From a virus, in the IMG/VR virus record IMGVR_UViG_3300021963_000083, positions 20,656-84,655 of that record: DNA of 64,000 bases; one strand, given 5' to 3'. Numbering within the stretch: the first letter of the stretch is position 1; the number at the start of each line of letters is the position of its first letter. The position numbers were made by a program, and so were the translations under genes. Of this stretch, positions 1-10,554 are shown one piece after another. The notes under the pieces are model-generated. The model saw only the letters and a program-made list of their open reading frames with translations, searched no databases and was not told the DNA's origin.

Positions 1-333
1 AATCCAGAGGAGTCAGCTCTCGAAGGAGTGCTCTATATTGTGGTTTTAGTTAATAAAATTACTAATAAAAGAGAGTGCGTTAAGATAGGGATTACCAAAG
101 GTCGTAACTGGAAGGCAGCTATCAAAAGGTCTAGCGGCTTTATTGGTTATGATATTAGGATTCAAAAAATAGTTTCAGGAACTCTTGAGGAAGTATTTTA
201 CTTAGAGGACTACCTACACGAACTATGGGCAGACCACAGATATTATGATAGTCATCGGTTCGGTGGACATACGGAATTATTTACTATTGACAAGTTATCT
301 GATATACTTGCAAGCGTGCCAAATGAGCTTTAA
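1..333 (+). CDS. GIY-YIG-like / T5orf172-type nuclease-domain protein (5' truncated by window edge)
   Basis: Frame is open back to base 1 (NPEESALEGVLYIVV...); LYIV...KIGIT...E..LH...FGGHTELF pattern; lies just upstream of ligase subunit B. Confidence 0.55.
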   Translation, partial: NPEESALEGVLYIVVLVNKITNKRECVKIGITKGRNWKAAIKRSSGFIGYDIRIQKIVSGTLEEVFYLEDYLHELWADHRYYDSHRFGGHTELFTIDKLSDILASVPNEL

Positions 334-344
334 AAAAATACTTC

Positions 345-373
345 TTGACTTTGACCCCTATTATGAGTATAAT
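345..373 (+). promoter_or_regulatory. sigma70-type promoter for ligB/D5
   Basis: TTGACT-17nt-TATAAT with upstream A-tract, followed by ATCAAGA. Confidence 0.75.
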
Positions 374-399
374 GGCTTTATCAAGAGCAGAGAGATAAT

Positions 400-1149
400 A
401 TGCAAATAAACATTCCAACAAATTGTCCATCATGCAACAGCTCTCTTGTTCTTATTAACGATCTTCTCTATTGTCGGAATACAGACTGTGGCTCAATGAG
501 TCGTAAGCGTGTCGAGCATTTTGCATCAACGCTTAAAATCAAAGGTCTGGGTCCAGCAGCAGTGGAGAAGTTAGAACTATCTAGTCCTCTAGATATTTAT
601 AACCTAAGCCTTGAGGATATTTCTGAAGGCTTAAACTCGGAGAAGTTAGCAGCTAAGCTGTTTGATGAGATTGAGCAATCTAAGTCTAAACAACTTAATG
701 ATGTGCTACCTGCTCTGGGTATTCCGCTAATCGGTAAAACGGCTACAGATAAACTTGCTAAGATTTGTGATGACATTGAGTCCATTACAGAACAAACGTG
801 TAGTGATGCTGGCCTTGGGCCGAAGGCTACAGAAAACCTTATCAATTGGCTAAATGATAACGACTGGTACTTATTCTTACCGCACAATCTTAGTTTCGGA
901 AGTACCAAGGCTATTAGTCAAGTAAGTAAAGGTGTAGTCTGTATCACAGGAAAGCTTAACAGCTTCAAGACAAAAGCGGAAGCCCAAGTCGAACTAGAAC
1001 GACTAGGTTATGTAGTTAAGTCCTCTATAACGAAGGATGTAACTATTCTAGTAAATGAGAGTGGTAAAGAAACCACAAAAACGCAAAAAGCCAGAGAGTC
1101 TGGTGTTTTTGTTATCACAGACCTAAATCTATTTATCAATGGAGAATAA
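400..1149 (+). CDS. ligB: NAD-dependent DNA ligase subunit B (Zn finger, HhH, BRCT), split T5-type ligase
   Basis: CPSC...C...C zinc finger, KGLGP/GIPLIG HhH motifs, C-terminal BRCT (VCITGKL...K.QKA). Confidence 0.9.
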   Translation: MQINIPTNCPSCNSSLVLINDLLYCRNTDCGSMSRKRVEHFASTLKIKGLGPAAVEKLELSSPLDIYNLSLEDISEGLNSEKLAAKLFDEIEQSKSKQLNDVLPALGIPLIGKTATDKLAKICDDIESITEQTCSDAGLGPKATENLINWLNDNDWYLFLPHNLSFGSTKAISQVSKGVVCITGKLNSFKTKAEAQVELERLGYVVKSSITKDVTILVNESGKETTKTQKARESGVFVITDLNLFINGE

Positions 1150-1156
1150 TTAAATT

Positions 1157-1873
1157 ATGACTACCCCAAAATGGACCGAAGAACGCACCGCACAACTAGT
1201 TGATGGCGTTGCCGACGAGTCCCCAGTAAGCCGCGCAACTGTTGCGGAACTAGCCGATGAGCTAGAAACAAGCACTCGTTCAATTTCATCGAAGCTGCGT
1301 AAGCTAGGCTACGACGTTGAGTTGGCTTCTGCTGCTCCTCGTGCGTTCTCTGATGAAGTTACTGCCGAATTGCGTGATTTCGTTCTCGACAACAGCGGTG
1401 AATACACCTATGCTGAGATCGCAGAAAACTTCCCAGGCGACTACACTGCCAAGGCTATCCAAGGCAAGATCCTTTCGATGGAACTTACCAGCCACGTTAA
1501 GGAAGCTCCTAAGGTTGAGCATGCCAAGTCGTATACTGCTGAAGAAGAAGCACTTGTTCTTAACTTCATCCGTAGCGGCAAGTTCGTAGAAGAAATTGCT
1601 GACGCAGTTGGCAAGTCAGTTCAGTCAGTTCGTGGTAAGGCTCTAAGCCTGCAGCGCGCTGGTGAAATCGACGCAATGCCAAAGCAGCGTGATGTTAAGG
1701 GTCCAGCTGCTGATCCACTAGAATCTATCGGTGACGTAGCTGCTATGTCGGTTGCTCAGATCGCTGAAAAGATTGGCAAGACCGAGCGCGGTGTAAAGAC
1801 CATGCTAACACGTCGTGGCCTCAAGGCTGCTGACTATGACGGTGCAGCTAAGAAAGAGAAAGCTGCTGCTTAA
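1157..1873 (+). CDS. D5: T5 D5-like DNA-binding transcription regulator
   Basis: Repeated HTH-like units (RSISSKLRK, KAIQGKILS, QSVRGKALS, RGVKTMLTRRG), ADYDG tail; synteny after ligB. Confidence 0.85.
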   Translation: MTTPKWTEERTAQLVDGVADESPVSRATVAELADELETSTRSISSKLRKLGYDVELASAAPRAFSDEVTAELRDFVLDNSGEYTYAEIAENFPGDYTAKAIQGKILSMELTSHVKEAPKVEHAKSYTAEEEALVLNFIRSGKFVEEIADAVGKSVQSVRGKALSLQRAGEIDAMPKQRDVKGPAADPLESIGDVAAMSVAQIAEKIGKTERGVKTMLTRRGLKAADYDGAAKKEKAAA

Positions 1874-1891
1874 GTTTTCTCTTTAAGTGAA

Positions 1892-1921
1892 AGCCGGAGC
1901 AGCTTAAATGCTGCTTCGGCT
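1892..1921 (+). terminator. Stem-loop after D5 (terminator or mRNA-stabilising hairpin)
   Basis: AGCCGGAGCAGC-TTAAAT-GCTGCTTCGGCT; weak U tail. Confidence 0.5.
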
Positions 1922-1944
1922 AAACTTGTTTTAAGGAGATAACT

Positions 1945-3342
1945 TTGAACCTCGCTAGTGCACTTTTCAAAAGGATTCTCGAAACAGAAGACTTTGATAC
2001 TTGGTCCAGCTTAAGACGGCACTATCTGCCTAGTGAGTATCACGTAATTTATGATGTTATCGACAAACAAATCGACTCATACCATAAGTTACCAACGATC
2101 GAAGAACTTAAGCTGGCAGTTAGAGACGCACCTACCTTAGACAAAGTCTATGCTATTCAAGCAGTTGAGGTAGATGCAGAACCCTTTCTTCTGTTAGACT
2201 ATCTAAAGAACGAATTTACACAAAAAGAGACTCTATTCCAACTACATAGATATGTAGAAAACTCTATCTCGTTTGAGACGGCAGAAGAAACATTAGAGTC
2301 TCTATACGATATTATCTCTAGGATTGAAGATAAGGTAGAATTAAAAGCTATCGAAGACAATCTACAGAAGATGAACCTATTCGAGTCGGATAGTGAGATT
2401 GCCGAGTATATTCCTCTCGGACTTAACGCAGAGTTTGACAATAAAGTCCGCTTTAAAAGTTCAGACTATATTCTTATGGGCGGTAAGCGCGGCTCAGGTA
2501 AGTCAATTACCTGCTCTAATTTAGCGAATACTGTCTATAATCGTAATAAATCTGTGCTATTCTTCACTATCGAAATGCCGACTCGTGAAGTCCTTCAGCG
2601 TCAATGCGCTATTGGATCGGGTGTTCCACACTCTAAGATTAAGTATAGAACACTCGACAATTTAGAATGGTTTAAGGTTGCTCAATGGTGGGCTGATCGC
2701 TATGAAAATGGTGATGTTCACTTAGAAACCTATAAAAAGCATAGGGACTTTGATAAGTTTCATGCTGCCCTTCAGAAAGAAAATCTTAACTCAGTACAGA
2801 TAGATATTGTGTATGACCCTGTACTAACTCTACCGAAACTAAAAGCCGAGATCATTAAAAGAACTAGGAAACTAGGTAATGTTGGCTTAATTATCGTTGA
2901 CTATGTTAACCAGATTAAGAGAACAACTTCCTCAGAAGATCGCTTTGACTGGAAAGATCAGATTGTGGTTAGTACCGCTCTGAAAACTATTGCTGGTGAA
3001 CTTCAAATTCCTGTGTTCTCGCCGTATCAAATTGATGCTAGTGGTGAGGCCCGTTTCGCTAAGGGTATTCTAGACTCTGCGGATGCCGCATTTATTCTAG
3101 AAGCTGGCCCCGATTCCGTACAATTTACTTGTACTAAGATGCGTGGTGATGCTAAGATTAATTTCACATCTAAAACTGACTGGAATACACTGACTATCGG
3201 CCCAGCAAATGGAATGGAGATCACTGTAGAGTCAGCGGAGGAAACTCCAAAGAAGTCAAGTTTTAAGAAAAAGAAAGCACCAAGAGAGGATGAAGATACT
3301 AAACCTATTATGGATGGTATTTATGACGATCCTCCCTTTTAA
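1945..3342 (+). CDS. D6: Replicative DnaB-like helicase (T5 D6)
   Basis: Walker A GGKRGSGKS, FTIEM, IIVDY, ARFAKGILD; TTG start with AAGGAG RBS. Confidence 0.88.
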   Translation: MNLASALFKRILETEDFDTWSSLRRHYLPSEYHVIYDVIDKQIDSYHKLPTIEELKLAVRDAPTLDKVYAIQAVEVDAEPFLLLDYLKNEFTQKETLFQLHRYVENSISFETAEETLESLYDIISRIEDKVELKAIEDNLQKMNLFESDSEIAEYIPLGLNAEFDNKVRFKSSDYILMGGKRGSGKSITCSNLANTVYNRNKSVLFFTIEMPTREVLQRQCAIGSGVPHSKIKYRTLDNLEWFKVAQWWADRYENGDVHLETYKKHRDFDKFHAALQKENLNSVQIDIVYDPVLTLPKLKAEIIKRTRKLGNVGLIIVDYVNQIKRTTSSEDRFDWKDQIVVSTALKTIAGELQIPVFSPYQIDASGEARFAKGILDSADAAFILEAGPDSVQFTCTKMRGDAKINFTSKTDWNTLTIGPANGMEITVESAEETPKKSSFKKKKAPREDEDTKPIMDGIYDDPPF

Positions 3343-3356
3343 CATGAGGCAGGCAA

Positions 3357-4190
3357 ATGATTGTTGATGAACTTTTAACAGCGCAAGGAATAGAGTTCAG
3401 ACCCAGTGGTAAAGATTATCTTATTAGGTGTCTTAGTCCAGATCATGAAGATAGAAACCCTAGTCTTAGAATTGATAAGACTACTGGTATCTTCAATTGC
3501 CTGTCTTGTGGTTACTCTGGTAATTTATTCAATCACTTCGGTGAAAAGCCAGACTGGCTACAGATTAGACGAGAGAGGCTAAAAGGCATGATCTCTGACA
3601 AACTTGTGGAAACATCGGGACTTAGTATCCCAGAAAATGCCGTGTCATTCAATCAGGAATGGCGCGGTATATCTGCCTCTACTTTCAACAGGTTTGAGGC
3701 ATTTCAACATAGTAACTCTGAATATATTGGTCGAGTAGTATTTCCCATACGAGGAATTACTAATAAGATCGTCGCATTTTGCGGTAGACACCAAGGTCAG
3801 GTAGACCCTAAGTATCTATTCCACCCTGCTGGCGCTAAATTACCATTATTTCCTATTGTTAAACCAATACAAGGACGAATAATCCTAGTAGAAGGTATCA
3901 TGGATATGATTAATCTTCACGACAAAGGACTGACTAATGCTGTTTGTGCATTTGGAGTCAACAAGGTTACAGTAGATAAAATAAATATCTTGAAAATTCA
4001 AGGAATTTCTGGTATAGATATATTCTTCGATAATGATGATGCTGGGCAGAATGGATCAACAGCATTAAAAGACTTACTAGAGCGTAATGAGCTGACTTCT
4101 CGTAATATTACATTCGGTAAAGTTAAAGACCCAGGTGAATTGACAGCCTTACAAGTGATCAAATTAAAGGAGACCTTATACAATGGCTAG
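3357..4190 (+). CDS. pri: DNA primase (CHC2 Zn finger + TOPRIM)
   Basis: C...HEDRNPS...CLSC, VEGIMD, FFDNDDAG. Confidence 0.9.
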   Translation: MIVDELLTAQGIEFRPSGKDYLIRCLSPDHEDRNPSLRIDKTTGIFNCLSCGYSGNLFNHFGEKPDWLQIRRERLKGMISDKLVETSGLSIPENAVSFNQEWRGISASTFNRFEAFQHSNSEYIGRVVFPIRGITNKIVAFCGRHQGQVDPKYLFHPAGAKLPLFPIVKPIQGRIILVEGIMDMINLHDKGLTNAVCAFGVNKVTVDKINILKIQGISGIDIFFDNDDAGQNGSTALKDLLERNELTSRNITFGKVKDPGELTALQVIKLKETLYNG

Positions 4191-6471
4191 TGTAGCAATT
4201 ATTGAGACTAAACCAAGTCGTAGTGACTTCCATAAAAGTTTCAAGGAGGCATTTGAGTTTGATAGGTATTGCCTATGCTCAGATCCTTCAATCAAGAAGG
4301 TTCTTAAAAAGAACGTAGATATTGAATTCGATCCAGATAACTATGAATGGGTTATTTTGGTGGGGTCGGATGCGTGTAAGTATTACACTAAGAACGCTTC
4401 CGTAACAGATTATAGTGGTAAGATTGTAGAAGACAAGTTTCTTCCAGTCATTAATCCAGCTATGGTATCATTCAAGCCAGAGTCGGCTCGACTTTGGGAA
4501 GAATCACGAGATAATATTATTGGCTATGTAACTGGCGCGAAGCGAGTTGTAAAGTATTCCACAGATCGAATCTATGGTATTACTGACTCAGAGCATCTAA
4601 AGCAGTTTCTTCGCGATGCAATTGCCAGCCCCAACCCTTTTATCGGTCTTGACTCTGAAACTACAGCACTATATCCACGTGATGGGTATGTGCTAGGTAT
4701 TAGCCTTTCTTACGAACGAGATCACGGAGCATATATTGACTCCGACTGCATTGATGATGAAGCATCAGAGCTATTCCAGCAACTATTCAACAAGAAGACT
4801 GTAGTATTTCATAACGCTAAGTTCGACTTGGCCTTCATGACTTTTCACTTTGGCTGGAACTTTCCGGTATATGAAGATACTATGCTTCTACACTATTGCA
4901 TTGATGAAAACCCAGGTACTCACGGCCTAAAGCAATTGGCTCTACAACTCACCGACTATGGTGACTATGAGCAGCCCATGTATGAGTGGATTGACGAATA
5001 TCGTAAGAAGACTGGATGCTTGAAGGATGACTTCTCCTTTGATCTTATTCCATTCGATATTATCAAGAATTACGCAGCTATCGACGCTGTAGTAACATTC
5101 CTCATTTATGCAAAGCTAAAACCTGCTGTTACTAAGAATAAGAAGCTGAATCAAGTATATAATGGTATACTTATTCCGGCCTCTACCTTCCTAATTGAGA
5201 TTCAGGACAATGGCGTTCCATTTGATATGGCCCGCCTAAAGTTTGCTCAAGGTGAAATGCAGAAAAGCATTGATGAATCTATTGAAGAACTATATAAGGA
5301 ACCTAAAGTACGTGAATTCGAAGAAGCACAGGGGAAACCCTTCAATCCAAACAGTGTTATGCAGCTTCGTAGTTTCTTATTCGATTACCTTGGCTTGCAA
5401 CCTATTGGCAAGAAAACTAGCACAGGTGCTAATTCAACAGACGCTGAAGTCTTGCAAGAACTTGCCGACCAGCACCACGTACCGCAGCTAATTCTAAATA
5501 TTCGCCAGAAAAGTAAGATTAAGAACACATACCTTGATAAAATTATTCCACAACTCGATCGTGATGGTCGCCTACGTACTAATTTTAACATCCATGGTAC
5601 TACTAGTGGACGGCTCAGTTCTTCTGGCAAGCTTAACCTTCAGCAGCTTCCTCGTGATAACCCAGCTGTCAAGGGTAGTATCAAGGCATCGCCAGGACAT
5701 AAGATCGTAGCGGTCGACTTGACCACAGCAGAAGTCTACATTGTAGCAGTTCTGTCTGGTGATAAGGAGTTGATGGGTGTGTTCAAGAGTGGAGGTGACT
5801 TCCACTCTACAATGGCTAAGAAAGTATTCGGACTAGACTGTCCTGTTGCGGAAGTAAAGGCATTACACCCTCTACTACGTCAGGCTGCTAAGGCCATTAC
5901 CTTCGGTATTCTTTATGGGTCTGGGCCTTCTAAGGTTAGTGAGACTGTTAATAAGGAAGCCAAGGCTAATAATATGGACTACTACTTCAGTATTGAAGAC
6001 GCCCAAGAAGCTATTAAGTCTTACTTCAAAGAATTTAGAAAGCTGCGCGAGTGGCTAACTACTAATCAGGAGTTCATTTCTAAAAATGGATATACCTATT
6101 CTTACTTTGGCCGTAAGCGTCGTCTTCCTAATGTTCTTTCAACAGATGGTGGGATTAAGTCCCATGCTGTACGCTCAGGACTAAACTTCCTAGTTCAGTC
6201 TCCTGCTAGTGACGTCAATCTGCTTGCAGGTATTGAAATGCAGCAGCATATTAAAAAGACTGGCATGAAGGCTCGTATCTTCGCACTTGTTCATGACTCT
6301 ATTCTAGCAGAGGTGCCAGAGGATGAGATCGAGAAGTACATGGAAGACCTAGAAGGATTTATTAAAACGGACCGAGGACTATCTATTCCAGGTTGCTCCA
6401 TCGGATGTGATTTTGAGGTGGGTGATGATTATTCATTCGGAAAGTTTGAAAAGCAATACGGACTGGTATGA
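4183..6471 (+). CDS. pol: Family A DNA polymerase with 3'-5' exonuclease (T5-like)
   Basis: Exo DSET/HNAKFD/YAAID; TTSGRLSS, DLTTAE, RQAAKAITFGILYG, VHDS. Confidence 0.95.
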   Translation: MASVAIIETKPSRSDFHKSFKEAFEFDRYCLCSDPSIKKVLKKNVDIEFDPDNYEWVILVGSDACKYYTKNASVTDYSGKIVEDKFLPVINPAMVSFKPESARLWEESRDNIIGYVTGAKRVVKYSTDRIYGITDSEHLKQFLRDAIASPNPFIGLDSETTALYPRDGYVLGISLSYERDHGAYIDSDCIDDEASELFQQLFNKKTVVFHNAKFDLAFMTFHFGWNFPVYEDTMLLHYCIDENPGTHGLKQLALQLTDYGDYEQPMYEWIDEYRKKTGCLKDDFSFDLIPFDIIKNYAAIDAVVTFLIYAKLKPAVTKNKKLNQVYNGILIPASTFLIEIQDNGVPFDMARLKFAQGEMQKSIDESIEELYKEPKVREFEEAQGKPFNPNSVMQLRSFLFDYLGLQPIGKKTSTGANSTDAEVLQELADQHHVPQLILNIRQKSKIKNTYLDKIIPQLDRDGRLRTNFNIHGTTSGRLSSSGKLNLQQLPRDNPAVKGSIKASPGHKIVAVDLTTAEVYIVAVLSGDKELMGVFKSGGDFHSTMAKKVFGLDCPVAEVKALHPLLRQAAKAITFGILYGSGPSKVSETVNKEAKANNMDYYFSIEDAQEAIKSYFKEFRKLREWLTTNQEFISKNGYTYSYFGRKRRLPNVLSTDGGIKSHAVRSGLNFLVQSPASDVNLLAGIEMQQHIKKTGMKARIFALVHDSILAEVPEDEIEKYMEDLEGFIKTDRGLSIPGCSIGCDFEVGDDYSFGKFEKQYGLV

Positions 6472-6976
6472 GTATAGGAACGAGCTTCCTTTAAATACCT
6501 TGAAGGCGTGGCGAGAAGAAATTCTCGCCACAGCCCGATTTGAACACACAGGATGGACTGGTGCGCCGAAGGAACCATATCGGCATTGGTGTTACGCGCC
6601 CGACTATGAAGGTCTATTTGTAAAAATATTTGAGTGCCTAAACGAATCCTTTAAAGAAGAAGGATTGAATCTAAAACCAGAACGATTATTACTAAATGTA
6701 TATAATCATGGGGATAGCTCATGGCTTCATACAGATACAGAAAAGCCAGGTTACTGGACTGCCATATTATTCATGAATGAATATTGGGATGTTAACTGGG
6801 GAGGAGACTTCGTTCTTGTTAAGAACAATGAAATATATAAGTCATTCGCACCCACCCCAGGAAAGTTTGTACTATTTCAATCTAATATCCTACACGGCGC
6901 TAGACCCGTATCTAGAGAAGCACAGTTTCCTAGGGCGGCACTAGCTATACAATGTTCAAACGATTCCAAGATATAA
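6425..6976 (+). CDS. 2OG-Fe(II) oxygenase (prolyl-4-hydroxylase-like)
   Basis: HTD (HxD), WDVNWGG, PGKFVLF..ILHGA, distal Arg; ATG at 6425 after GAGGTG, overlapping the pol 3' end. Confidence 0.8.
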   Translation: MIIHSESLKSNTDWYEYRNELPLNTLKAWREEILATARFEHTGWTGAPKEPYRHWCYAPDYEGLFVKIFECLNESFKEEGLNLKPERLLLNVYNHGDSSWLHTDTEKPGYWTAILFMNEYWDVNWGGDFVLVKNNEIYKSFAPTPGKFVLFQSNILHGARPVSREAQFPRAALAIQCSNDSKI

Positions 6977-7449
6977 AGACAATAAAGTTTCCTGTATATG
7001 CTCTTCCATCTGTGGATTGGTATATGCAGGATGGTGTGCTGTTTATAGACGATGGCAAAGTACTAGATGATAAGAATATGCCGGGAGCTACTCTTGGCAT
7101 TAGAAGAATACAGTGTGGAAGAAAAGATCTATGTAGGCTTAAAAAAGCCTATACAGATTTTAATTCTATGATTAAGGGCAAGCACAAAATCTTCATAGAT
7201 AGTAATGGAAATCCATTCGTATATAAACGAACTATAAACAGTCCTCTTATTCACCATAGAGTAGATAAACTTGAACTAAAGGGAGATTGCTCCGTCATTT
7301 GGTTCAAGAATATTAGTCATCCAATGACTATACCTCGACCTCCATATGGTGATGCTAGATATGCTAGAATACTATATTACAAAGGGTTTCCTTGGCTAAT
7401 ATATGACTTCGTACTAGAAAGAGGTAAGGACTCGTATCGACGAGTATGA
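6952..7449 (+). CDS. Conserved T5-like hypothetical protein downstream of pol
   Basis: FPVY.L...DG......LDD.N..G.TLG.RR, FIDSNG; usual position after pol in T5-like phages. Confidence 0.65.
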   Translation: MFKRFQDIKTIKFPVYALPSVDWYMQDGVLFIDDGKVLDDKNMPGATLGIRRIQCGRKDLCRLKKAYTDFNSMIKGKHKIFIDSNGNPFVYKRTINSPLIHHRVDKLELKGDCSVIWFKNISHPMTIPRPPYGDARYARILYYKGFPWLIYDFVLERGKDSYRRV

Positions 7450-7455
7450 GAAGAT

Positions 7456-8142
7456 ATGCGAAATAGTAAGAAGGGTCCAGGAAGGTTTGCTAAACAGCAG
7501 CACTCCATGGATTTCAAAGTAAAGAACATAACTGCACTAAATGATAGACAGTCAAAAGTATTACGTAGCGATAAGAACCTAGTTCTAACTGGTTACGCTG
7601 GGACGGGTAAGACCTTCCTGACTTCGTATATTGCATATCATGAAATGTTTGCAGGAAACTATGACAGACTAATCTATATGAGAAGTGCTGTGCCAACTAG
7701 AAACACTGGGTTCCTGCCTGGTACTCAAGAAGAAAAACTAGCTATATACGAGGCTCCATATATTGATATTGCCTCTGAGCTATTTGGCCGCGGTGATGCA
7801 TATGACATTCTCAAGAAAAAAGGATTAGTACACTTTACCTCTACTTCTTATGTTAGAGGCATAAATCTTAGAAATGCTGTAATCATAGTAGACGAGACTC
7901 AGAACATGACTTATCATGAACTAGACTCAATTATTACGAGACTTAATGATAACTGCAGAATTATGTTCTGTGGTGATATTAGACAGGCCGATCTTTATAA
8001 GAACGGACTCGAAGACTTCTATAGTGTTTTGAAGAAGATGGACGAATTTGATTTCGTTGATTTCAAGAAAGAAGATATTGTACGTAGTGATCTAGTTAGA
8101 AACTATATCATTAAGAAAGAGCAAATTCTAAATAAAATGTAA
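7456..8142 (+). CDS. phoH: PhoH-like ATPase
   Basis: GYAGTGKT, GFLPG..EEK, RG....IIVDE.QN, GD..Q.D, DIVRS. Confidence 0.92.
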   Translation: MRNSKKGPGRFAKQQHSMDFKVKNITALNDRQSKVLRSDKNLVLTGYAGTGKTFLTSYIAYHEMFAGNYDRLIYMRSAVPTRNTGFLPGTQEEKLAIYEAPYIDIASELFGRGDAYDILKKKGLVHFTSTSYVRGINLRNAVIIVDETQNMTYHELDSIITRLNDNCRIMFCGDIRQADLYKNGLEDFYSVLKKMDEFDFVDFKKEDIVRSDLVRNYIIKKEQILNKM

Positions 8143-8185
8143 GGCTAGTAAATAGCTAAGGGGATATATCCCGGGGATTGAATTA

Positions 8186-9487
8186 ATGAAGGCTATCATT
8201 AGCAACAAGATTTACATGACGGTAGAGCCTTCGATGTATAAGTACCTTGATAAGGAGCTTACATATCATATTCCGTCATATAATGAGCCAGAGAAATTTG
8301 TAAGTATTAAGAACTTAAAAGTCATAAACTACAATATAGCTGGTGGAAAAATGCTGGTAGCGTTTCCAGTTGGTCGTATAGATCTTATACCAAAAACTTT
8401 TGAAATAGTTGATAAACGAGCTTATAACTACTTGGAAGACTTTCCTAAGTTTAAGTTCGAACTAAGACCAAGCCAGCAAGAGATTCATAATGAAGTAGAA
8501 GATAACTGCATCATCAATGCAAAAGTTGGTTACGGTAAAACATTTACGGCTTTAGCTATCGCTGCTAAATTGCAACAGAAGACTCTTGTGGTAACTCACA
8601 CAGTCGCTCTTCGTAATCAGTGGGAAAAAGAAGTAGTAAATACTCTAGGAATAAAACCTGGAGTAATTGGAAGTGGTAAGTTTAATATGGATAGCCATGT
8701 AGTAGTGGCTAATATACAAAGTCTTATTAAGCACGTCGGAAGAATAAGCAGGGAATTTGGAACTGTTATTTTGGACGAAATGCACCACGTATCTAGTCCT
8801 ACTTTTTCTAAAGTTATAGATGCTATGTTCTGTCGTTATAAGATTGGGCTATCTGGTACTATTGAACGCAAAGATCAGAAGCACGTAGTATTTAAAGATT
8901 ATTTTGGTTCGAAGTTATTTAAGCCAGATAAAGAAAATACTATGGTTCCTGAGGTTCATGTTATCAACTCTGGGATATATTTCTCTGACAGCTCCGGAGC
9001 ATCTTGGGCAGAGAAAATTAATGTGTTAAAGGAATCCTATCTATACAAAGACTTAGTGGTTGCATTGGCAGATAAATACGCTAGTGAAGGGCACAAGGTC
9101 ATCATAGTATCTGATAGGGTTGACTTTTTAAGAGCATGTAATCATAACTCTACTTATCCCTCCGATTTAATTATTGGAGAAGTAAAGGATAGAGACGAGA
9201 TAATTAGAAAGATATTTGAAGATGAGATTGACCAAATATGGGGAACTCAAAGTCTAGTATCTGAGGGTTTGTCAATTAATCCTTTAAGCTGCTTAATACT
9301 TGCTACTCCACTTAATAATATGCCTCTACTAGAACAGTTGATAGGTCGTATTATTCGTGAGTATCCAGATAAACTGAAACCAGTCGTAGTGGACATTAGA
9401 CTAGAGGGTAATACTGTCAGTAGGCAATATAACAATCGTCTAGGTCACTACATGAAAGAAGGCTATGAGATAAAATTCATAAAATAG
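8186..9487 (+). CDS. D10: SF2 helicase (T5 D10)
   Basis: GYGKT, DEMHH, SGT..RKD, QLIGRI.R. Confidence 0.9.
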   Translation: MKAIISNKIYMTVEPSMYKYLDKELTYHIPSYNEPEKFVSIKNLKVINYNIAGGKMLVAFPVGRIDLIPKTFEIVDKRAYNYLEDFPKFKFELRPSQQEIHNEVEDNCIINAKVGYGKTFTALAIAAKLQQKTLVVTHTVALRNQWEKEVVNTLGIKPGVIGSGKFNMDSHVVVANIQSLIKHVGRISREFGTVILDEMHHVSSPTFSKVIDAMFCRYKIGLSGTIERKDQKHVVFKDYFGSKLFKPDKENTMVPEVHVINSGIYFSDSSGASWAEKINVLKESYLYKDLVVALADKYASEGHKVIIVSDRVDFLRACNHNSTYPSDLIIGEVKDRDEIIRKIFEDEIDQIWGTQSLVSEGLSINPLSCLILATPLNNMPLLEQLIGRIIREYPDKLKPVVVDIRLEGNTVSRQYNNRLGHYMKEGYEIKFIK

Positions 9488-9517
9488 TTCTTGACTTTTA
9501 TCCTTATTTTTGGTAAT

Positions 9518-9913
9518 ATGCTATTATACAGTTGGAAGAAAATACTAAGAAAGTCGGGTGGCAGCTCTAAAAGGATATTAACTATCCTAAAAGCTATAAC
9601 TCAACGGGAACTACCCAGACATGTATACGATCCAGTGTATAAGTATTATTATACTGACTTTTCGGGGAACAGTTTTCTAGTAAATCCAAGTGCTCTGCTT
9701 ATAAATAGATATAAGTGGAAAGATAAAGAAATAGCAGACTATATCGGTCTAGCTAGCTTTAGAAGCACCGGAGATTACATGGCAACTGGAAAAGTAACAT
9801 TAGACTTAGCCCATAGCCCCATGGGACAAGACGCAATCAACAACAACAGACTACTTCGTATTGACAGAGGTGAAATCCACTTCCTTTACGAAGATTACAC
9901 AGGAGAAAAATAA
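9518..9913 (+). CDS. Conserved T5-like hypothetical protein between D10 and D11
   Basis: MLLYSWKKI...G.SFLVNP...YIGLASFR...NRLL; the TTG at 9491 is more likely a -35 box. Confidence 0.6.
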   Translation: MLLYSWKKILRKSGGSSKRILTILKAITQRELPRHVYDPVYKYYYTDFSGNSFLVNPSALLINRYKWKDKEIADYIGLASFRSTGDYMATGKVTLDLAHSPMGQDAINNNRLLRIDRGEIHFLYEDYTGEK

Positions 9914-10548
9914 TGGCAGGTTTAGGCTTTGGTTCAGTTAAGGGTTCAGCTAAGAAAGAAAAAGCTGAATCATACAAAATGATTGATGGAGACAATTCAG
10001 TTCGTCTCTTCGGAAATATCCTAGCACGTTACGTGTACTGGATTAAGGGTACGAATGGTAAGAATCTTCCGTTCGAGTGCCTTGAGTTCAATCGTGAAAC
10101 TGAAACTTTCGATAAGGCTGAAAAAGATTGGGTTAAAGAATTTTATCCCGATATTAAGTGCGGCTGGTCATACTCAATGATGTGCCTTGATAATGGTGTT
10201 CCAAAGATCTTCAACTTCAAGAAGAAGCTCTTCGATCAGATTATGGCTAACATTGAAGACCTTGGTGATCCTACAGACCTCGACAATGGTTGGGTTCTAA
10301 AGTTCAGCAAGAAGAAGACTGGTCCTCTACCAATCAACGTGGAGTACACTCTACAGACCATTAAGTGTCAGAAGTCGAAGGGTCCAGCTACTCAAGAAGA
10401 GCGTGATGCTATTGAAGCATCAAAGACCATTGAAGAACTTCTACCTCGCGCAACCCCAGCAGCTCAGAAGGAACTTCTAGAGAAGCTACTAAGCGGTGAT
10501 GCGGACGCTATTGATGAGTCAGTAGAAGAAGAGCTCAACGTTCAGTAA
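9913..10548 (+). CDS. D11: T5 D11-like ssDNA-binding protein
   Basis: RYVYW...P.ECL.F...KKKLF.QI...KTGP...NVEY; acidic C-terminus; synteny. Confidence 0.8.
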   Translation: MAGLGFGSVKGSAKKEKAESYKMIDGDNSVRLFGNILARYVYWIKGTNGKNLPFECLEFNRETETFDKAEKDWVKEFYPDIKCGWSYSMMCLDNGVPKIFNFKKKLFDQIMANIEDLGDPTDLDNGWVLKFSKKKTGPLPINVEYTLQTIKCQKSKGPATQEERDAIEASKTIEELLPRATPAAQKELLEKLLSGDADAIDESVEEELNVQ

Positions 10549-10554
10549 TCAAGT

